Of a DNA stretch of 42,572 nt, positions 34,580 to 42,572 are shown one piece after another. The stretch comes from Octopus bimaculoides (Eukaryota): the NCBI RefSeq assembly GCF_001194135.2, contig NC_068984.1, positions 84,952,781 through 84,995,352 of the forward strand. Direction: 5' to 3'. Made by a program: the position numbers and the translations under genes. A model generated the notes under the pieces. That model did no database searches. It was not told where the DNA came from and saw only the letters and a list, made by a program, of their open reading frames with translations. The number at the start of each line of letters is the position of its first letter. Positions within the stretch are counted from its first letter, which is position 1.

Positions 34580-35084
34580 GCGTGTACGCACGTATGTGCA
34601 TATAGATGTATGTCTGTAAATATATACATACATATATGGACATATACATAAGTATTTACACCTATACGTGTGTGCGTATATAAACATATATGTGTGTGTA
34701 TGAATAAAATGAGAGAGAAAGAAGTAGAAAGTGACAGAGAGAGAAACAGCCAGACAGACAAAGACAAAGGGAGAGGGATAAAGAGAGTGACATAGAGAAA
34801 GCAAGAGTGAACGTGTACAAGATTTTAGCTGCGCAAGCATTTGTGTGTGTGAGTGTGTTTGTGAGCACATATGGGTGTGTGTTTGCGTGGCTACTTCACA
34901 GCGAGGCTCTGTGTCCGTCTCTAAACTCATTCTATTGTAAGCCATTATCGATCCAAGGACGAGACTCCAGACTTAACGTCTTTCATCTTTTGTTCTCTTG
35001 TCTCTCCTCTTTTTTTTTTACTGATGCTCCAAGAGTCAGAGGATGTTTGCTTGCCTGCAGCACCCGTCTCTTACACACACACAA

Positions 35085-35234
<150 letters not shown>

Positions 35235-35312
35235 GCACACTGACGTAAATGTAGCACACATACACTTACGTACATACTCATACATAAGTGTTTGTATGTG
35301 TATGAGTGCATG

Positions 35313-35366
<54 letters not shown>

Positions 35367-35439
35367 TGTGTAAATATATACACAGACATGTCCATACGTA
35401 CACACGCACACACACATATATGTATGTATCTCTCTCTCC

Positions 35440-35480
<41 letters not shown>

Positions 35481-35777
35481 TATGTAAATATATGCACATA
35501 CATATCTAAACACACACACACACACACGCAGACACACACATATGTATGTATATATGTAAGTAGGGAAATAAATAGACAGGTAGGAAGGAGGCTAAATACA
35601 TACACTTATATGCACTCATGTACATACATTGCACAGTCATACACGCATACATGCACTCTTACATTACAGTCATACATGTACACATATGTGAACCATCTGT
35701 ATGTTCGTGGGATTTCGCATTTTATTGTATCACACAAAAATCTTTATCCGTTCACGCAGGAAAGCATACACACGCAT

Positions 35778-35817
<40 letters not shown>

Positions 35818-36005
35818 CGTATATGTGTGTGCGTGCGTGTACGTCAATGTGTGTATGTCCGTGTACCTTCATGTGTGTGTGTGCTTGTTTGCGTGTGTGT
35901 GTGTGTCTAAGTATCTCTATGTATATCTTTCTGTGTTTTCATGCTCGTATGTTTGTAAATACATACACAGGAAGAAAAGAGACTGGACAAATTACACAAC
36001 CAAAA

Positions 36006-36037
<32 letters not shown>

Positions 36038-36464
36038 ACGTGCGCATACATACGCATGCTTAAAAATATCACAAATATCACACATATTCTTTCACGCACA
36101 CTAGCAAGCACATACCATCACACATACACACGCACACACACACAAAACATGCACACATATATGTTTATGTGTACACACATAAAACTACCACAGACATATA
36201 CACACAGACATTACCGACGTCATCCCATCCGCCATCCAATCTCCAGTCATTGTTTTCTGTTATTATCTCCCTTCTGTGATGTCTTAACTCTTCATTGTTA
36301 GACTCGCTTATCGCAGGAAATCACGTGTTATGTATGTATGTATGTATCCATGTGTGTGTGTATATGTGTACGACTGTTTATGTATGTATGACGTATGGAT
36401 GTATATTGTGTACGTGAGTTTGTCCTCTCTGTATGCTTGCATCATATGCTTATAGCTATTATCT

Positions 36465-36916
36465 GTTTCGTTGTTTCAGTCTTTGGATCTCGGCTATGCT
36501 GGCGTAATGCCTTGACGGATGTATTCGAACAATTTGATCCAAGTCCTTGTTTATTAAAATCTGGTTCTCATTATATCAATCTCTGTTACCGAACCACTAA
36601 GTTTCGCGGATGTGAACAAACCAATAATGGTTGTATTCTGATGGTGAGTTGTGTGTGTGCGTGGGGGGAAACAAAGATACAAACACAGTACACGCACGTA
36701 CATGCACACGCATTCAAACACACACACACACGCGCACACACGCATACACGCATATATGACAGGCTTCCACACAGTTTCCGTCAACAAAATTCCGTCACAA
36801 GCTATTGATTGGCTTGAGCTATAATAGAAGACACATGTCCAAGGTGCCGTGTTTCGGGACTGCATCCGGAAGCACATGACACAAAGCGACCTTCTGACCC
36901 ACACAGCCATTCTTGC
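36465..36916 (-). mobile_element. Old SINE family A copy
   Basis: ttgtttcagtc...ggctatgctggc...accgaaccactaag..., CA tract, acagtttccgtcaacaaaattcc...ctataatagaagacac...ccaaggtgcc...acacagccattc. Confidence 0.8.
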
Positions 36917-37393
36917 ACGTATTATACACGTAGAACAAATTATATATTCGCACATGTGTGTACGTGCATGTATGCATATGTATAGTGATTATGTGAATCT
37001 TCTCTCAGTTCATATAGTTTTATAATGCATCTATGTGTCTATAAAGTGCCCGTTAATGTAGGTATATAGACACACATAAAAACACACACAGAGAAATAGG
37101 TAAAATATGAATTGAATAGAGAATTTAGTACATTAAGTGTGGCAAATTATTTAGTTGGTGACAGGTGAAAGTAACTTCGAAGTCAGAAGGATTTTCGAAC
37201 TGCACAGTTTGAGATGATACTCATAGAGTTGAGACGATACTCCAAGAGTACCACCACGTGTTATCGCACACACACACACACACACGCATATGTATCTATT
37301 ACGTATGTTTGTATGAACATAGACACGTCACACCTCCACAAACAAATTATCTATAAATATTTAGAAAGAGTGTATATGAATGTGTGCGAGTGT

Positions 37394-37424
<31 letters not shown>

Positions 37425-38455
37425 ATAGATAGATACAGAGAGGGGGAAGAGAGAGAACGGAAGAGAGAGAAAGAGAGGGAGTGGGAAAGAGATGGAGGGT
37501 GAGAGGGAGATACAGAGCTATAGTTTCAAGAACGCAAATCAAAATACGTCTCCATGAAATTATCAGTGTCTGTAATACAGTGCATAACAAACACTGAAAA
37601 TGGTGCTATTGTAATTATATGAGGTTCCAAAACCTGCCAAAAGACGTGTATACACGAAGAAAAAGAGTATTGTAGTATGTGTGGATATTTGCATCTGTAT
37701 TTGTATGTATGTATGTATGTATGTATGTATGTATGCATGTATGTATGTTTGTATATATGTACATAAGTACAAATGTGTGTATGCGTGTGCGCATTCGCGT
37801 GTCAGTGATGCGCCCCGCTTACGTGTATGTACATCTATTAGTTAGCATCTATCCGAAAATATTCTCTGAATATTCCGTTGATCTCTTGTCATTATCTTTG
37901 GATTATTTCAATGGAATTAGGCTCGAAGAAATTCCAGGACTATAGTCGTACGTGTCTTGTAATTGTATTCAATTGTCAAAAAATCTGCAATGCAGATGCA
38001 CGTACGTTTAGCTTACAATAATTTTTGCAAAATTTTCTTATTCGTGTGACGTAAAATTTTGAATAAATCCTAGACAATAATCGCTAGATGTTCGAATGGA
38101 ACATGGTCTTTGGATATTATGTTTTATTGATATGACACCGTAAAAAAGGAATCAAACCTGAACTCTTAAAGATGTATAATCATAGTCTAAATCAGGCGCG
38201 CATGCACTCACATACACATATACACATGCACGCACACATACATACACATATATACATGCACATACGTTATGTATATCAAATTTTAATTACAACTTATAAA
38301 GCATTTAACTGGACAGTTAGTCGTGATGAATACAAGAGCAAGATCCAGAAGAGATATTCATCGGTAGAATAAATATCTAGATAAATATATTAAGCATTGA
38401 AATACGTGTGGTTTCCCTGGTAGTCACATGGATTTTCAGTTTGTTTAAGAGCGTT

Positions 38456-38975
38456 TTAGATCTGATGTAGTGATTTTCTTTTGCATTTTATGACAAATTG
38501 ACTTTCTGTCATCATATAAGACTTATATCTGATGTCTTCGTGGACATTTCTGACTGTTCCTTCTGACACATGGAGATCTTTTGCTATTGACCGCATGGAC
38601 TTTCTGGGATTGTAATCAATGGTCTGTTGAACTTGCTGGATAAATTCATGTGTCCTGATGATTTCAGAACGTTTAGAATGCTTTTTATGCTTTGATACTG
38701 ATGATACGTTTCCATCTTTAGTCTCTAACTCCTTACAAACTTTGTAGATAAAAGATTTGGCAACTTTTAAAAACTGAGATAGTTCTAAATCGCTATGCTC
38801 AGCCTTTATAACCACAATAACAGCATGCCTCTTCACTTCTTGAGAAAAGCTGAGGGTCTGCCATTATTATTTTCTGAAACAAAGATTATAGAGTTAGCAA
38901 AAAATGCAGCATTCACCCCCAAAAATGTACGTTCGCAAATATGTACGTTCGCAAAAATGTACGTTACGCACCCTG
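38456..38975 (-). mobile_element. maT/DD37D-like transposon 5' part: left TIR plus N-terminal HTH ORF
   Basis: TA-cagggtgcg end at 38975; ORF MKRHAVIV...NPRKSMRSIAKDLHVSEGTVRNVHEDIRYKSY shares VHEDIR.KS with the 26323 copy. Confidence 0.85.
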
Positions 38976-39310
38976 TATATATATATTGATATATATACAG
39001 CTTTCTCTGCTTGCTTTTCTGAATTTCTTTGTTGCAAATAAAAAAACTCTGAGTACATTCTTTACTTCTTACCTTTCTGATTACTTAAGTTTTCCTTCAA
39101 TAGATTCAAGCCTTTTGTTCACTCTGTTCACATACGTACACACACCCGCGCGAGCGCATAGTGGCACATAAATATGGGCTCTACAAGTGTGTCAACTGTT
39201 TCAGGTTCATCTTCAGCCTCTTCGGGTATACAATACTTAGTTCATTCAATTGAAGAGTTAATAGAAGAATTACAAATTTTGCTCAATAATGTTCAGTAAA
39301 TTTCCGAATA

Positions 39311-39703
39311 TAGGCGCAGGCATGGCTGTGTGGTAAGAAGCTTGTTTTCCAACAACATAGTTCTGGGTTCAGTCCCACTGCGTGGAACCTTCGGTAAATG
39401 TCTTCTACTATAGCCTCGGGCCAACCAAAGCCTTGTCAGTGGATTTGGTAGACGGAAACTGAAAGACACCTGTCGTATATATATGTATATGTATTTATAT
39501 GTGTGTCTTTGTGTCTGTGTTTGTCTCCCACCATCGCTTGACAACTGATGTTGGTGTGTTTACGTCCCCGACCGATAGAATAAGTACTAGGCTTACAAAG
39601 AATAATTTCTCCTGTGATCGATTTCTTCGATTTAGAATCTTTAAGGTGGTGCTCCATCATGACCGTAGTCAAATGAGTGAAACATGTAAAAGAATAAAAG
39701 AAT
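39311..39703 (+). mobile_element. SINE family A, near full length (small internal deletion)
   Basis: taggcgcaggcatggctgtgtggtaagaagc...gggttcagtccc...; internal TA/TG tract; tail gtaaaagaataaaaga. Confidence 0.92.
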
Positions 39704-40599
39704 GTATGTATCCATTATGCTGTATGTATGCATGTGTACGTGTGTATCTTTATATATGTCTGTGTGTGCGTATGTGTGTTCGCGCGCGTGTATGAGTGCG
39801 TGTGTGTAAGTACCTATGCACGAATGTATGGTGCATGCAACAACTGAAAGTTCTAATGTCTATTATCGCTATTTTCATTTTTGGTTTCATTCATATTTAT
39901 CTTTCTCCTTCTTCATCTACATTTGCATAGGTTATATTCACAGACACCCCAAAAGAAACAGACAAATATTGAAGAAATCGAAAAGAAGATCGTCTGGAAG
40001 AAAGACGTTTGATAGTTTGCATGGAATCTTTATGAATCAGTCCAGTGATTTTTTAAAATCTCCATCAATACAATGGCGTCTTAGTGTATACATACATTTC
40101 TTACTCTGATTTACGATCGACTAGGACTGATTATGCAGACGATAGTATGCATTTGCAGACGATAGTGTGTATGTGAGCATGTGTGTGCGTGTGTGTATAA
40201 TGGTGGTTGTAACGGTGCTATGAGTATCTGTGTAATTTCACGTATGGTGCTTCTTCAAGTGAATGTACATGCACGGTTGCCTTATGTATATATACATATA
40301 CAGGTTTGTCCCTTGTGCTTCATGTAGATTTGTACTCATATTCTATACGTGTACGAAGTGTTTGAATACATATACTACATATACATATACATACATATAC
40401 ACGCACGCGTGCGCACACGCAGACACACACACATACATATATACGTTTATACATAAAATATATGCATATACATATATGTATATATATATATGTGCGTATG
40501 TGTGTGTATGTATATATAAATATATATATTTGTGTGTGTATATATATATATATATATACATGTATCTATATATATATATACATATATAGATACATATAA

Positions 40600-40658
<59 letters not shown>

Positions 40659-40679
40659 GATAGATAGATATAGGGAGAA

Positions 40680-40930
40680 TTCACAAAAAAAACATCAGAC
40701 GAAACAGGTGGTGTAGAAAACAAACAGATGTATTAGTATAACGCTCGGGAATTGAAAAAGTCTTTAGCGTTTCGAGCCTACGCTCTTCCACAGAAAGGAA
40801 CACAGAAAGAAACAAGGAGAGAAACAAGGAGAGAAAAAAATGTGTGTAGTGGTTAGCGATCTATCATGGTGAATGCCGGACAGAAGGGTCACACAGGAGA
40901 GTTAAGAATAAGGGGAGATAACAAAGTAGT
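40680..40930 (-). mobile_element. Probable Penelope-like repeat carrying a mutated hammerhead motif
   Basis: Minus strand 40797-40762: CUUU-CUGUGGA-A-GAGC(GUAG)GCUC-GAAA-CGCU-AAAG. Element boundaries are guessed. Confidence 0.45.
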
Positions 40931-40974
40931 AGAGATCCCATGTGTATGTATGTATGTATTATATACCTATTTAT

Positions 40975-41350
40975 CTATCTACTCCCTGAAGAGAAGGCGA
41001 GAAATGTACGCAGTGATATACATATGGAAGATCGTTGAAGGTCTAGCTTCCAACTTTTGAATTAAAAACTATAGCAACCACCGGACTTGAAGGCACTACA
41101 TACAAACAAAGATACCCTTTTCTTCACCTCAGATAAGGACCCAGTATTGCAAGAGTTTGGGTTTCGGGAGACCATGACTGCTTAACATCCTGCCAAGAAA
41201 CCTAAGAGATCTGCAAGGAGTAGATGTGGAATCGTTCAAAAAGCACCTGGACACAATTCTATCTGAAATCCCAGATGAGACCACATTTTTGGCAGGAAGC
41301 ACAAAGAAGAGCAGCTTCGTTCAACTCGCTTCTTCACCAAAAACAGTACC
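40975..41350 (+). mobile_element. CR1-clade LINE ORF2 3' end
   Basis: YSLKRRREMYAVIYIWKIVEGL...LNILPRNLRDL.GVDVESFKKHLDTILSEIPDE...RRAASFNSL. Confidence 0.85.
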
Positions 41351-41419
41351 GAAAGAAGGCCCAAAAGCACTGAGTAAAAGAATGAAAGAAAAGAAAAAAA
41401 GTATATATATATATATATA

Positions 41420-41642
41420 TTCTTTTATTCTTTTGCTTGTCCCAGTCATTTGACTGCGGCCTTGCTGGAGTACCGCCTTTAGTCGAGCATATCGCCCCCA
41501 GGACTTATTCTCAGCAAGCCTAGTACTTATTCTATCGGCGCCTTTTACCGAACCGCTAGGTTACGGGGACGTAAACACACCAACATCGATTGTCAAGCGA
41601 TGGTGGGGAGACAAATACAAACACATATACACACACATACAC

Positions 41643-41673
<31 letters not shown>

Positions 41674-41838
41674 CAACGGGCTTCTTTCAGTTTCCGTCTA
41701 CCAAATCCACTCACAAGGCTTTGGTCGGCCCAAGGCTATAGTAGAAGACAATTGCCCAAGGTGCCACGCAGTGGGACTGAACACGGAACCATGTGGCTGG
41801 TTAGCACGCTACTTACCACACAACCACTCCTGCGCCTA
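41420..41838 (-). mobile_element. Full-length, young SINE family A
   Basis: Complete from tail to head ending cacaaccactcctgcgccta; internal CA/TA tract at 41620-41672. Confidence 0.93.
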
Positions 41839-42380
41839 TGAACACTCAGCCACTANNNNNNNNNNNNNNNNNNNNNNNNNNNNNNNNNNNNNNNNNNNNN
41901 NNNNNNNNNNNNNNNNNNNNNNNNNNNNNNNNNNNNNNNNNNNNNNNNNNNNNNNNNNNNNNNNNNNNNNNNNNNNNNNNNNNNNNNNNNNNNNNNNNNN
42001 NNNNNNNNNNNNNNNNNNNNNNNNNNNNNNNNNNNNNNNNNNNNNNNNNNNNNNNNNNNNNNNNNNNNNNNNNNNNNNNNNNNNNNNNNNNNNNNNNNNN
42101 NNNNNNNNNNNNNNNNNNNNNNNNNNNNNNNNNNNNNNNNNNNNNNNNNNNNNNNNNNNNNNNNNNNNNNNNNNNNNNNNNNNNNNNNNNNNNNNATATA
42201 TATGTATGTGCGTATGCATATATATATTTAGAATGTATTATACATAAGCATACAAAACTATATACAGAGACGCCATAAAATTATAAAATTTCGTGGTAAG
42301 TTTGTGTCTGCATATATGTAGATCTATGTGTATATGTATATGGGCGTGCATGAATGTACGTGTTTGTGCGTGTGTAAAAG

Positions 42381-42432
<52 letters not shown>

Positions 42433-42572
42433 CATGGTGGAGTGAATATGCGTCTGTATGCACGTGCATCCGTTGTTCCATATTATTCGCTGCCATTTCC
42501 ATACGTATATACGTATCGTATACACACACACATACATATAAAAATATATATACATACAAATATATATATATA

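Noticed and set aside
39195-39230. Minus-strand ctgaaga...gaaac hammerhead-like string
   Set aside because: Stem II and stem I do not pair properly.
39890-40109. Candidate exon after a polypyrimidine tract and catag acceptor at 39930
   Set aside because: No recognisable protein in any frame, no partner exon or donor, and such sites are common by chance in AT-rich DNA.
40984-41010. ctgaagagaaggcgagaaa as a hammerhead core
   Set aside because: Explained as CR1 coding sequence (SLKRRRE), with no helices.

Overview
AT-rich, microsatellite-saturated animal (non-bacterial) genomic DNA with nine N gaps. I found no supportable host protein-coding gene, tRNA/rRNA gene or CRISPR array; most ORF-track entries are translated microsatellites or run through gaps. 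The repeat content is consistent with a coleoid cephalopod such as Octopus (inference). The window is a dense transposon graveyard. It holds four tRNA-type SINE families (working labels A-D, about 20 pieces), an internally deleted RTE LINE with three C-terminal C2H2-like fingers, a BovB-like RTE fragment and CR1-group LINEs. It also holds two clades of restriction-like-endonuclease LINEs (HERO, and R4/Dong sitting in (TAA)n), mariner DD34D, maT-like, hAT, pogo-like and Helitron remnants. The most notable items are a Penelope-type minimal hammerhead ribozyme with an intact catalytic core enclosed by inverted repeats (23.3 kb) plus decayed relatives, and a ~580-bp fold-back element with a perfect 29-bp central hairpin (19.8-20.4 kb). 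Also notable are tandem Dong-like insertions, SINEs that appear to seed the microsatellites, and a G-rich higher-order minisatellite (14.3-15.3 kb). Translations and alignments were done by eye, so boundaries of old elements are approximate.
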